Assembly: GCA_905178155.1 (NCBI GenBank)
Contig: CAJINV010000002.1
Location: forward strand, 1,153,809 to 1,217,808
Direction of reading: 5' to 3'
Length of the DNA stretch: 64,000 nt
Origin: Amoebophrya sp. A120
Lineage: Eukaryota > Protista > Dinoflagellata
Each line of letters begins with the position of its first letter. Position 1 is the stretch's first letter. Of this stretch, positions 12,741 through 24,722 are shown piece after piece. Under the pieces are notes generated by a model. It was not told the DNA's origin and ran no database searches. It worked only from the letters and a program-made list of their open reading frames with translations. The position numbers and the translations under genes were made by a program.

Positions 12741-15700
12741 TCACGCCGTGGCTTGCTGCTGCTGTTGTTCCAGCAGTTCCTCCACGCCCTTGTTGCCCCC
12801 AGACGCGGGCGACTTGTACTCACTCAACAGGTTGCTCAGCCGCTCCTTCCCGGCAATCTCGTCTGCCTCCAACGCCTGCATCTCCTTCAATTTCTTGTCC
12901 ATGCCGTAAGTGGGGATCTCGCCCAACAAGGCTTTCATCACCTCATCCAAATCCAGCTCCCCACTGCAGTCCCGGTCCATGTGGAAAAATATGCGCCTTC
13001 GCCTCTTCACCGCGGCGTGCGTAGACGGCCCCGGGGGCCAGTGGATCCCGCCGGCCAGGGCTTGCTGGAATTCCAAAGGCGTCACCTGCCCATCGCCGTT
13101 GGCATCCAAAGCGGAGAAGATGGCGTCGCGAACGGATTGCTCGTTGACAAAGTCGCCGAAATAGGCGCGGAGGTGTTCGCGGAGAGAGATCATCTCTTCC
13201 TCGATAGGAAGGCGCTTTTCGAGGATCACCGCGTCGCGGGTCAGCTGGTTCGCCACTATCATATGTAAAAACGTCCCCACCTCCCCATAGTCAAGTTGGA
13301 ACGTAGCAACACAAGTCCAGAAGTTTTGGGAGCCACGCATGACAAGTTGCAAAGTCGGTAATGTAGTTCATATTAGCAAGGACAGCTGCATCACAAGTCT
13401 ATCTGCTTATCCTGTTTGCAGCATTACAAATGCCAAAACACGACGATTGGAAGCGCCTCCCCTCCCTTGGGGACGCGCATTACAAATATTCCTGCAATTG
13501 CAAATCTGCATGACAGCTCTGGGATGCTGGGGACGTTTTTACACAAGATAGCCACTTCTGGATCCTCCTCGCCGATATCCTTGCCCTTGATGGCACCCAC
13601 GCGGCAAGAAAAGACCTGAAAGTTTATTTTAAAACGCATCGTACTAGTGGAAATCGCATTACAAATTTGCTCGGCATGACAAATAAAATTTGTAATGCGA
13701 ATTTTCCTTTAATAAGAAGATTTGTAAAAATGCATGACCGTGATGACTACTAAGTACGTACCTTCGGATGCTTCGCCCACAAATCTTGCTCCTTGTATCC
13801 GGGCTGTTGTGAGGTTTTGATCCACGCGCCGAAATTATCCGCTGATTTCAAAGTCCACTTGTTCAAATAAACCCTTTCCACGTGCCGTTGCGCATCCGTC
13901 GTCATCTTCTTCCGGCTGGCGTTATCGCGATTGCGGATATGGAAGCGTCAGGTTTGAAATCGTCAAAGTTGAAATAGTTTGTCATGCATAAAGTGCAGCC
14001 CTCAAAGTGCCTGTCTTGCAGAGTAGGCAATTGAGGCAGATTGTAAGCCTATTGAGGGGTAGAAACTGAGCTGCTAAAGTAGCATGACAAAAGGCGTCTT
14101 TCTTACCCAAACAGCATGACAAACTGGATTCCGGCCGTACCTAGATTTGTCATGCGCCACTTGGGAACTGGGTCACAACTTTCATCCATTTTATGCATTA
14201 CAAGTTTTTTCAACTTTGTCGATTTCAATCCTGACACACCCATATCGGAGCAAGTTGTTGTACGCCTGACGCATGGAATACCGCTTTTTTCCGTCCTTCC
14301 CAATAATGTAGCACTCCTCGTCGGTAAAAGTGACTTTGTTAATCCTTTGCATGAAGTCCCGCTCCTTGTGATCGTCCTTGAACTCCCGAACCTTCTCCTG
14401 CACCTCGTAGGGGTCAATTCCCAAAACCTCGGCAAATTCTTCGAACGATAAATCCCCCGACCCATCGGTGTCCAGAATCCGGAGCAAATTCGCCCTCCTC
14501 TCTATCCTGAGCAAAAACGTCCCCACACCAGAGTCAAGATGAGGATTTTGCAACACAAACGTAGAAGTTTTGGGACTCATGCATCACAAGTTCAAGCCCG
14601 TACTGTAGTGCAGGTTAGCAAGGGCTAACGCATCACAAATCCATCTGCTTATCCTGGTTACAGCATTACAAATGCCAAAACACGACTAGAGATTCCGCTC
14701 ATGGAGATGCGCATTACAAATGTGCCTGTCAGTGCAAATCTGCATGACAACTCTGGGGTGGGGACGTTTTTACACATGATACTCTCCGCGTTCAAGTGGG
14801 AATTGGTCGCGTCCGGGTAGTATGCTCTGCAAAAGTATCGTACTCGTAGTTGTAATCGCAATCATGCATTACAAATCTCCCTCTGAAGCCAAATCCGCAT
14901 TACAAATTCCATCTTTCATGCTGAGGGAATTTGTCATGCGATTTATACTAGTACGATGCTTTTGCATTTCATAGGTAGTGCATGCGCTGCAACCCGTGCT
15001 GAAATTCGTCCATGGAAACAGAATTGGACCGGTCGAGATCGTATGCATTACAAATATCCACCCTGGACGATGTCTGGAAGGATGTAAGAACTTGTGATGC
15101 TATATTTGGATACCACAAAGATCTGTATTGCATGAACAGCAAAAGAGGTCCAATGTTTCTTGCCACGGCCACAGGGCATTTCAATTTCTCATGCCGTATA
15201 GGCAACATCAGGAAGACCTCACATCAACATCTGTGGTGCTAGAGCATGCATCACAGACGTCAGGAGGCATGCAAAATGTGCATGACAAACCTTGCATCCT
15301 TCCAGACATGATCCAGGGATATTTGCATTTCATAGATCGAGCTTCAGGTAGAATTTGTACCACCAGCTCGTATCCGGCGCCCCCTCCGCGCCGCGGAGAA
15401 GTTTCCCGAATTTGTGAGCCAACCAGGCGCGGAAGTAGAGGAGTTCGTCCCCATCCGGGACTAGGTTGTACCGCCGCATCGAGTCCTTCACCTGCCCGTC
15501 GAAATACGTCACCCAGTGCACGGTCACATTCGCCCGTTGCTTCGGGGTCAGCCCAGCCACCGGCTGCTTCCAAATTGGCATCCGGCAGGTGTCCTGAAAC
15601 GGCGCATCGAGCCAAATGCAGGCACCGGCGCAGTAGACAATTTGGTTCTGCTATCCCACGAAAAAAGTGTTACAGTTACACATTTGCTGTACCTTCAGCA

Positions 15701-16392
15701 TCACAAGTTTCCCCTGCATGACAGAGAAAACTTGCAATGCAAAGATCATAAGGGAAAACAGGAAGGAAACGAGGCTCCAAAGCATTTCCTGCATGAGAAA
15801 AGTTGTCTGTGTTGCCGGTCTTGCAAGACAATGTGTAACTGTAACACTTTTTTCTTCCCATATCTGCCGGAGGTTCGACCCGGTTAGCAACGAGTGGACG
15901 GAGAGTTCTATCCTGCGCAAAAACGTCCGTACGACCCCATAGTCAAGATCTTGGGAACTTAGCAACACAAATCTGGAAGTTTTGGGAGCTACGCATGACA
16001 AGTTCTTGCAGTCCCTAGTGTGGAAGTGCAGGCTCCGTTCGTAAGGTGGACTATAGCTGCCGCATCACAAATCCATCTGCTCATCCTGTTTCCAGCATTA
16101 CAAATTCCAAAACACGAGGACTACAAATGCTTCTCATGGGGACTCGCATAATTACAAATGTTTCTGTAGATGCAAATCTGCATGACAACTCTGGGGTCGT
16201 GGGGACGATTTTGCTCAGGATAAGTTCCCGCTGCACTTTCAATTCCGGCGCGGTCACGAGGAACGCGGTGCCGACAGCCGGGTCCGGGTCGATTTTCACA
16301 TTTTGCAGTAAGTCGTCAAGGTTTTTCGTCTCGCGGACAAAATTTCCGAAGAACGACTGGTCGTCCCGAGTAATGGACGGAAATTTACCCAT
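12741..16392 (-). CDS. EF-hand calcium-binding protein (~539 aa, 9 exons)
   Basis: Removing 7 TIR elements (+5 nt each) and GT-AG intron 13616-13761 leaves a 1620-nt open frame. EF-hand loops: DLDRSNSVSMDEF (split by an element), DTDGSGDLSFEEF, DANGDGQVTPLEF, DRDCSGELDLDEV. Confidence 0.88.
13257..13550. mobile_element. TIR introner, family F
   Basis: TATCATATGTAAAAACGTCCCCA...TGGGGACGTTTTTACACAAGATA; TSD gccac. Confidence 0.92.
13616..13761 (-). other. GT-AG intron derived from a decayed family-B element
   Basis: AAG|GTACGT...TTTCAG|GTC; interior is colinear with family B (cf. 28877-29021) but the TIR tips are lost. Confidence 0.8.
13938..14244. mobile_element. TIR introner, family D
   Basis: TATGGAAGCGTCAGG..GAAATCG.CAAAGTTGAAA TIR; flanks gcgga/tcgga. 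Confidence 0.92.
14503..14781. mobile_element. TIR introner, family F
   Basis: TATCCTGAGCAAAAACGTCCCCAC TIR; TSD ctctc. Confidence 0.92.
14821..14973. mobile_element. TIR introner, family B
   Basis: TATG...TGCAAAAGTATCGTACT TIR; TSD ggtag. Confidence 0.92.
15042..15334. mobile_element. TIR introner, family C-related
   Basis: TATGCATTACAAATATCC..CCTGGA..ATGTCTGGAAGGATG TIR; TSD gatcg. Confidence 0.92.
15652..15862. mobile_element. TIR introner, family G
   Basis: TAT..GAAAAAAGTGTTACAGTTACACATT TIR; TSD tctgc. Confidence 0.92.
15909..16222. mobile_element. TIR introner, family F
   Basis: TATCCTGCGCAAAAACGTCC..ACGACCCCA TIR; TSD agttc. Confidence 0.92.
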
Positions 16393-17622
16393 TTTTTATA
16401 TTATAGTTTCCTGATGTGCTGTTTAGTGTACAGTAGTCTTTTACTTAACGTCGCCGAATGAGTAAATACCCAAAAGGTCGTCGTCGTGTGTAGTAGTCGT
16501 GTTTCTGATTTTGTCGCCTACTACTTTCTTATGGGGGTCGTGTTCTTCTTCGTCTTGGGTAGAGAAATTGAGAGCCTGTTTCATGTTTCTTCATCCATTT
16601 TTAACGTTTTGGAAAAGCAAAAATGCCAACAAGCTGCAACGAACGATGAACAAGGCGAAGAGAAACCACGGCACAAGTACCGTAACTACAGCACAGAACG
16701 ACAACGAGGTGGGAAATGAAGGACGAAAAGGACGATAAGCACGACTTTTTGCACGAAAATGGAACCTGTAAAACAACGAGGGAGAGTATTTTATACTCGA
16801 TAATTTGCACGACTAAACAGATTTTGTTTTATCACACAGCGCAATTATTTTGTATCTGTATGGGTTCCTCAACCGAAACTTCTTTAGAAGGTTTCTCTTG
16901 TTTCTCTTTTATATTCAGCATGTGTGGCTTCATTATTCTCGTCCTGAAGCAGGAACGATAACGATTACACGTCAGACTCAGATCATATCACCAGGGGCTA
17001 CTTACGACCGATTTCTTTCTCCTGTTGAAAAAGACTGCGTTTGCGTTTTTTATTTCATTTCCTATCAATTGTTCAGAAGAGGTAGTATCAATCATGGAGG
17101 ACTAGGCTCAGCGAGGAACACTCTAAATTCAATCTACGATGCTGCAAATTCTTGCAGCTAGTCTCGGCCTTGCACGTATCTTCGTCTACTTCCATGGACA
17201 GTTCGTGGTCTTGCTTGTTCATTTCCGACACAAGTAGAACTAGAAGACACAATAACTTCCTAGAAGCTCACCCAATCGGAAAGCAGTGCGCATTACAGCT
17301 CTGGTATGTAGTGTCCAAAAATCTTCTTCGCAAGAAGATATATGGTTGTCTGTTGAGTACTAGAAACTATGCGTGCTGGTGAAGAAATAAGAAGCGCCGC
17401 GTATTATATCGCTCTCCTCATGTCTTTTCAACGTTATGTATGTTGCAGTCAAGATGATCTGTTGTAGTTCTTTGTCATAATTCTAGAAACACTATCTTAC
17501 AGGTAGGACGGCTCATCTTCTTCTTCACATTCAGCACAGTGCAAAAAGTGCTCTTGATCTTCAAAATGTTCTTGCGTTGGGAACGTCAACGTCGTGTGAT
17601 CAGGCGTAAGTTAAGTGCGATG

Positions 17623-19342
17623 TCAATGCCAATAAGTTGGCGGCCCCGCATTTTCATCCGGAGTTGTCGTCCAACCATGCTGCAAGCCAATTAGCTCCGG
17701 CCTAGAGCATATGCGAGTGCACAACTCGCCCTCCCTCTCATTTGCGTAGCATGAACAGGAGCAATACAAACATCGGAACCTGTGGAGCATCTGTGGAGCG
17801 TTTGCATGACAAATTCATGCGCGTAAGCAAAAGCAATGTAGTACTGCTTGGGCTTCCGGAATCTGTCATGCAAACAGTACGACAAAGGCAAAGCAGTGCC
17901 AGCGCTTGGATTTGGTAGGTATTTTGCGTGACAAATGAGTGGAACAAGGGAGATGAATTGTGCGCTCTCATAAAACTTTCCCCGCTAATATCCCGACGGC
18001 CGCGGTGGAAGAGGTTGCCCACGATCCCACGTGGTGCCCCACTACCAGTTGCACTACCTGTACCTTCGCGGGCGTTAGTCGTCTCCTGCGCCAGACCACC
18101 TATGGGTTTATCGTCCATCTGCAAATTATTAATCAGCTGGTCGCTATTTGCAATCCTTTCTGCAATACTTTTCCCTAACGCAACCCGGTGCCCTTGTGCG
18201 GCCGCTACTCCCAGAGAAAAGCAGCAACAAATACCGGCTGCTTGCGTCGTCGCGATCTGGCACGGTGCACAGCAAGCGCAGCAGAGGAGCTTGTCTGCGC
18301 CGCAACAAACTGCCGGGACGGTCGGGGCCACGGCGGATGAACTTGTTCCCATCTGGCAGAGCGTCACGCCCAGATGTGGGTTGCAGCAAAACTGCGCACA
18401 AGGCAGACCTGCGGGCCCGAAATTGTTCGCACAGCACGTCGGGTCTGCGGCGGGTAAAACGAAGTTGTAGCACGCACTCTGCAAGGTGTGTCCAGCGGCG
18501 CAATTCGACACCGTGTTGACCCCGCAGAGGACTTTTGATTTTCTCCGCATCTCCCGCTCGTGGCTGTCCAAACCAGGAATGCAAAGGACCTTCACCATCT
18601 ATGGATGTGTCAGGATCGAAATCGGCAAAGTTGAAAGTGAAACAGTGAAACAGTTTGTCATGCATATAATGCAACGTTGAAAAATTTGAATTTGTCTCTA
18701 TTGCGGAGGACGCACACGCAAGGCGGGAGGCGCCAGATTATAGGCCTGCTGAGGGGTAGAAATAGAGCTGCTGAAGTAGCATGACCAAAGGCGTCGTCTT
18801 TACCCAAACAGCATGACAAACTGGATTTAGGCTCTACCTAAATTTGTCATGCGCCACTTGAAATCTGGATCTGGGCTTCATCAACTGGCATCCATTTTAT
18901 GCATGGCAAATCATTTCAACTTACTCTGTCGAAGATTTCGAACCTGACAGATCCATAAGCCCGCCTGTACAGTGCGACACGCGACGTGTTTCGAATGTGA
19001 AGCCACGGATATGATATCCTCGGCGAGGTTATCGCAGCAGTTCTCGCAGCAGGCTCTGAGTCCGTTTTGAAGCAACGTGCGCCTGGATGGTTTATTGCCG
19101 ATAGGCATATCGACAATATCCATATCATGCTGCTGCGGTGGAGCTCCTGTATCGGTAGCGGCGAGAACCGTCGGAACGAAGTGTTCTTGAAGTTCAGAAA
19201 GTCCTCCGAACAGGAAAACTACCGGTAATAGTGTCCCTGCGAAAATGGAGGAGGAGCCGCGACCTCGAAGGGCGGTTGTTGGAGCTGCGCCCACGCTCCT
19301 CGTCCTCTCGAAGCTCTTTCCCGTCATCTTCCGACTCGTCAT
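17623..19342 (-). CDS. Cys-rich protein with N-terminal hydrophobic segment, paralog 1 (~362 aa)
   Basis: ORFs 18911-19354 and 17738-18598 join across elements 18600-18957 and 17710-17972. Cys-dense core (CAQFCCNPHLG...LLCCACCAPCQIATTQAAGICCCFSLG) is near-identical to paralog 2. Confidence 0.75.
17710..17972. mobile_element. TIR introner, family E (shared with paralog 2)
   Basis: TATGCGAGTGCACAACTC...ATTGTGCGCTCTCATA; same position as 22394-22662. Confidence 0.8.
18600..18957. mobile_element. TIR introner, family D (absent from paralog 2)
   Basis: TATGGATGTGTCAGGATCGAAATC...GATTTCGAACCTGACAGATCCATA; no intact TSD. Confidence 0.88.
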
Positions 19343-19870
19343 TTTAAAAATCACGCCGCAGATTATAAATATGCAAAAAACCGCCGCGCGTGGGTAGGAA
19401 TACTTAATTTTGATTTTACACTTTTTAATGTCTACTTCAAGGATAATCGATATCGAAATCGCTTCCCAAAATCGTGGTGCGAAAAATCTCTCACAAAAAT
19501 CCTAGATCTCGCGACGTCAAGCTAAGATTGCGATTATGATTACTTTTACTATGGTGTCGAAAATGAAATCTTACAATTGATAAGTGGTTTTGTTTTTCTT
19601 TTTTTCAAACCCGTAATAGAGTTAGAAGCAAAAAAAAAAAGATAGGATAGAGGCAAGTCAGCGGAAAAGAAGCCGCGGTCTTCCTCTTCAATAAAACTGT
19701 GTACAATAAAATATAAATAAGCCCGATATTACGATAGAAGCACGCAGCGTCTCCTCGATGAAGCCGTTTATTTTTTCTCAGTTGTGCACTTACTAGATGA
19801 TGATGATCGGGGCCTACTGGTCGGTTTATTTGGGATGATCTTCTTGCTGGGAACCATAGTATCGATCCAG

Positions 19871-21015
19871 GTTTATTAATTTAAGCAGCTGCGCTGCGTG
19901 GGCGACAGAGTCGCAAGCCCTACTTTTGTTCCCCGGCTTTTTTTTCATGCCGCCCGCCGCCGGCCAATGCGCTCACTCTAACTAGCTTTCCGGCACGGCA
20001 CAAATGCCCGCCCGGGCGACCGAAGTGATGCGAAACAGGCCTCGGGGCCCAGTGAGATTGTCTCGGTTCCTATTACAGGTTTTCCCGCTTCCCGTCTCGG
20101 GCCCCAGTGAGGTCTCTACACCGCACAGGCTCCGGGGCCCAGCGCGACGGGTTGACTGTGGCTCTAGGCAGGTCGCGGCCTGCTACCAGCTACCACCCCC
20201 TCACTGGCTCACTCTCGACACCCCGGCCGCCACGCCACGCGGCTGCGGGCTGGGTGATGATTTCATGCGCGGCGTGTTTTAGGTGCGAATTAATAGCCGT
20301 CGGGGCTTGTGGGTACGTAGCTTGCAAAACCAGCAAGGCGCTCGCACCTGCAACCAGCCCCCAGCCAGCCTGTACGCGTGAGGCCTGGCGCCCTGCTTTG
20401 TTTGCAAGGCACGCTGTCGGACTCGGTCTGTGTGTATGTATCTATTGGCTGCAACGTGATGAAGCCCGGGCTTCTATTGACAAACCCCCCCACAGGGGCC
20501 CCGACGTGCAAGGCCCGGGCCTCTGTTGACAAACCTCGCTCCCAGCGAATTCGAATGCAGCGGGCACATGCTAAACGAAAGCAAGAGGAAGTAGGGCAAC
20601 AACATCCAGAGCCAGCCTAGTATCGTTTCAGGGCAGGGCTTTTATATGCCTTCTGCAAGTGCTGCTCTGGCACTGGCTCTTTATTTTCTTTGTGTGAAGT
20701 CCCAAAGCCACGTCTTGCCGCCTTGTTTTGCTTGCGTGATAACAATTGGCCTGCCGTGTCTCTTTGTTTTGTTGCTCTATCAATCCCGATGGTGCGACGT
20801 TTTGCAGCCTCCTGCGTATTACATAAACGAACCATAAGCACCAACGGCGTGTGGTGTGTCGGCCCGGGGTCCCTCGGGCTCACCCAAGCGGCGCCGGGGC
20901 CGGGCCAGTTCATAGGACCTATTCCGGGACAGCCCGCCGGCGGATAAGCCGGGGGGGGGCCCCCCCCGGCTTATCCGCCGCGGGGGCGGATAAGGATTTC
21001 ATTGTTACCCCACTC
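19871..21015. mobile_element. 1.15-kb GC-rich insertion flanked by ~75-80-bp direct repeats
   Basis: 19790-19870 repeats at 21016-21090. The homologous site at ~24188-24245 is single and empty. Contains a 43-bp palindrome at 20938-20980. Confidence 0.65.
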
Positions 21016-21639
21016 TTACTAGATGATCGGGGCCTACTAGTCGGTTTATTTGGGATCTTCTTGCTGGGAACCATAGTACTATCGATCCAGTGTAGATCTG
21101 CTTGTGGTCCTACTTCTCCTTCCTTGTTTTGTACTAGCCCGTAGTGTACGTGTACGATAGCGATGCTGTAGTTGTGATGTGCGTGCCTAAAGATAAAAAT
21201 AGCACGATGGATGATCTTCCGATAGATCACGATCATGCTCATGCTCATTTATTTCTGTTGAAAACGACTGCGTTGTGATTTCCTATCATCATCAATTCAG
21301 GAGAGTTAGAAGTACTATCAGTGCTAGTAGACTACGCACAGCGAGGAACAACTACACTTCAAATTCCATCACAATTTTCTATGGAGCTGCAAATTCTTGC
21401 AGCTAGTCTCGGTGTTGCACGTATCTTCGTCTTCCACGACCACGGACACATCGTGGTGGTCTTGATTGTTCATTTCCGACGCAAGTAGAACCAGAAGACA
21501 CGACTTTTTCCTAAAAGCTCACCAACATGAGAGAAGTGCGCAACATCACAGCTTTGGTATGTAGTTTTCAAAAATCTTCCCGGGAAGACATATTATGATG
21601 GTCTGTTGAGAAGAAACTTTGCGTGCTGGTGAAGAAATA

Positions 21640-22052
21640 CATACATACACGCTCCACGCGACTCTACGAGAGGTTTGTGGCGCTCTAAATTTGATCCTGT
21701 CACCTGGAAAGCGATCCACTCAACGGCGTACGAGCGAGCAAGAGTGTGAAGTAACCCTCTGTATTCGTGATTTGGCCGAACATCTCAAGAGGTGAACAAG
21801 GATCCGGGAGGTGCCTGGCCACCCTGCTGGGGGGGGCGTCTTAGAGCGCACCGGCGAGCTCTTATTCCAATGTTCCTGGTGGCAGCATCAATGCGTCTTC
21901 GCTACGAGCGTCGTGTTGATTGATTTTACCACGGTCTTTCGATGTCGGCGACGGGCTACGAGCCTTGTGTCGCGTTCATCGCGCATCCTGCACTCTAGCG
22001 GATGCTGCTGCCTTCTTACAGGAGCTGTGTGCAAAAATATATAAACTGACTG
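21640..22052 (-). mobile_element. Probable 5'-truncated non-LTR retroelement or SINE
   Basis: 15-bp TSD GCTGGTGAAGAAATA (21625-21639, 22053-22067); short (TATG)n tail on the minus strand; empty site in the other duplicate at ~17375. Confidence 0.7.
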
Positions 22053-22312
22053 GCTGGTGAAGAAATAAAATAAGGAGCCCGTACAGCGGCCTCATGTCTC
22101 GTTAAAAGTGTTGAAGTTGACGTTGAGTATGTTGCAGTCATCTGTTGTTCTTTGTCATTTTACAAACACTATCCTACAGGTACAAACTCATATCTAGCTG
22201 GACAGCTTAATATCTTTTCATTGCAAAAACCGATCTTGATCTTCAAAATGTTGCGTTGGGATCATCATCATGCAGAAAGAGAAAATATAAACGTAAGTTA
22301 AGTGCGAGGATG

Positions 22313-23735
22313 TCAATGACAATAGGTCGTCGGCTCCTCATCTTCCGAAGTCGTCCAACCATGCTTCAAGCCAACTAGCTCCGGCATAGAACTTATGAGA
22401 GTGCACAACTCGCCCTCCCTCTCGTTTGCATGGCATGAGTGACCAGCAATACAAATGCCGGCACCTGTGGACGTGGTCGTGGAGCACCTGTGGAGCCTGT
22501 GCATGACAAGTTCATGCGCGTAATGTAGTAGTAGTGCTGCTACTGCTTGGGCTTCCGAAATTTATTGTCATTCAAACAGTTCAACAAAGCAGTAGCAGCG
22601 CTTGGATTTGGTAGGTGTTTTGCATGACAGATGAGGGGGAGGGAAGGTTGCGCGCTCTCATAAAACTTTCCTCGCTACCCCCACGGCTGCGGCGGAACAG
22701 GTTGCCCGCAAATCTCCGTGCCCCCCCTCGAGCACTACTTGCACCCCCGTCGCCACTGCTCGTCTCGTGCGCCGGACCTATGGGCTTATCATCCGTCTGC
22801 AAATGCATCAGCGGGTGAGACCCCGGCTCACAGGACCCGTCCGCAGCTTGAATCAAAAATGGCAGCCACAATTCATTGCGATTTCTCACGTCCACCGCAC
22901 CGTTGTTTCCCATGCTTTCTGCAACACTTTTCCCGAACGCAACCCGGTGCCCTTGTGCGGCCGCTACTCCCAGCGAAAAGCAGCAACAAATACCGGCTGC
23001 TTGCGTCGTCGCGATCTGGCAAGGTGCACAGCAAGCGCAGCAGAGGAGCTTGTCTGCCCCACAGCAGACTGCCGGGACGGTCGGGGCCACGGCGGATGAA
23101 CTTCCCATCTGGCTAAGCGTCACCCCCAGATGCGGGTTGCAGCAAAACTGCGCACAAGGCATACCTGCGGGCCCGACGTTGCTAGCACAGCACGGCTCTG
23201 CGGCAGGTAAAGCGCAGTTGTAACACGCGCACTGCAAGGTTTGTCCAGCGGCGCAACTCGCCATGCTGACCCCGCAGAGGGCTCCGTTCCGCATCTTCCG
23301 CTCGTGGTTGTTCACGCCAGGATTGCAAACTACGTCCACCATCTCCAAAAACGCGTAAAGACAGCAGCCCGCCTGTGCACAGTGACACACGGTGCGAGCA
23401 TCCTCGGCGAGGTCCTCGCAGCAGGCCCCCGAGCGGTTGCGCAGCGCGGACGGTGTGGCGCCGCTGAGTCCCCGTTGGAGCAACGTGGATGGTGGTTTGC
23501 CGATAGGCTTATCCATATCCTCCTGCAGTGGAGCTCCTGTATAGGAGGTAGCGGCGAGAACCCCCGTGGGAAGTAAGTATTGTTGAAGTTGAAGTTGAGC
23601 AAGTCCTCCCAGCAGGAAAACTACCGGTAATAGTGTCCCTGCGAAAATGGAAGAGGAGGCGCGAGGACCTCGAAGGTTTCTTGGAGCCCCCACGCTGTTC
23701 TCGAAGCTCCTTCCGCTCATCTTCCGATTCGTCAT
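22313..23735 (-). CDS. Cys-rich protein, paralog 2 (~382 aa)
   Basis: ORF 22581-23747 joins the 3' part of 22313-22504 after removing 22394-22662 plus 5 nt (...SEES-x-MPELVGLKHGWTTS...). Confidence 0.78.
22394..22662. mobile_element. TIR introner, family E
   Basis: TATGAGAGTGCACAACTCGCCCTCCC TIR; flanks gaact/aaact. Confidence 0.85.
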
Positions 23736-24722
23736 TTTATTTTTCAAAAATTCACGCCGCAGGGATGCAAAAAAGCGCGCGTGAATACTAGGGACGTAAT
23801 TTTTGATTTAGGCTTAGTGTTGATGTCAAGGACAATCGATTCCGGCGTGGTGCGAAAATTCTCACACCAAAATCCTGGAACGAAATTGCTCTCGCTCGTG
23901 CTGAAAATAATACTATGTCGTGGGTCAAGGTCTAGCGTCTAACCAAGATTTGGATTGATTAGAGTGTCGGAAATAAAATCTTACAGGTGATGAGTCGTTT
24001 TGTTTTTTAAAGCAAAAAAAAAGATATCAATGTGGAGGAAAGTCAGCGGAAAATAAGATAGAAGCCGTGGTCTTCAAAATCAAAACTGTGTACAAAATAA
24101 GCCCGATAGGTAGAACCACGGAGCATTATCTCCTCGATGAAGCCGTTTTCGTTTATTTCTCAGTTGTGCTAATGCGTACTAAAAATACTAGATGACCGGG
24201 GCCTAGTCAGTTTTGGATCTTCTTGCTCCGAACCATAGTATCCAGTGTAGATCTGCTTCTGGTCCTTCTCCTTCCTTGTTTTCTAGTCTCCGTGTCCGTA
24301 GTGTACGATAGCGATCATGTTGTGTGCCTAAAGATAAAAACAGCACGATGGATGATCTTCTGATAGATCAAGATCACGCTTAAGCTTTAGGCGCTTTTGC
24401 TGCTTTTTATAAAGCTCTTCGATGTTTAATTCAAGTCCTGTTGAAACATGATAAGTATTGACCGCCTCTGTTGTATGAGCTTACTGCAACTACAAATGCA
24501 GGCGAGCGGGGCGATTTAGTCGGCACTTGTTGGGGCTCGCGGGTTTACTACAGCACCTGCTTCGAACACCAACATACAAATGACTTAATTCCGCTATTGT
24601 TGCTTGTCATTCTGTATTCCTGTGCACGGAAGAAGGAGCTCTGAAAGGTTTAGTTTTGATGTGAGTCGCATTTTCATAGCGATCCGATCCATTATTAGAA
24701 GCGGCAGTCAAGCGCATAAAAT

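Larger units (their letters stand above)
17015..24380. repeat. Diverged tandem segmental duplication (units ~17015-21245 and ~21250-24380)
   Basis: Coding and flanking sequences are colinear, e.g. GCTGCAAATTCTTGCAGCTAGTCTCGG at ~17141 and ~21386. Each unit has one Cys-rich gene and private insertions. Confidence 0.85.

Noticed and set aside
16486-17382. Cluster of short plus-strand ORFs
   Set aside because: No motifs, and where the region is duplicated (~21250-21640) the frames are not conserved.
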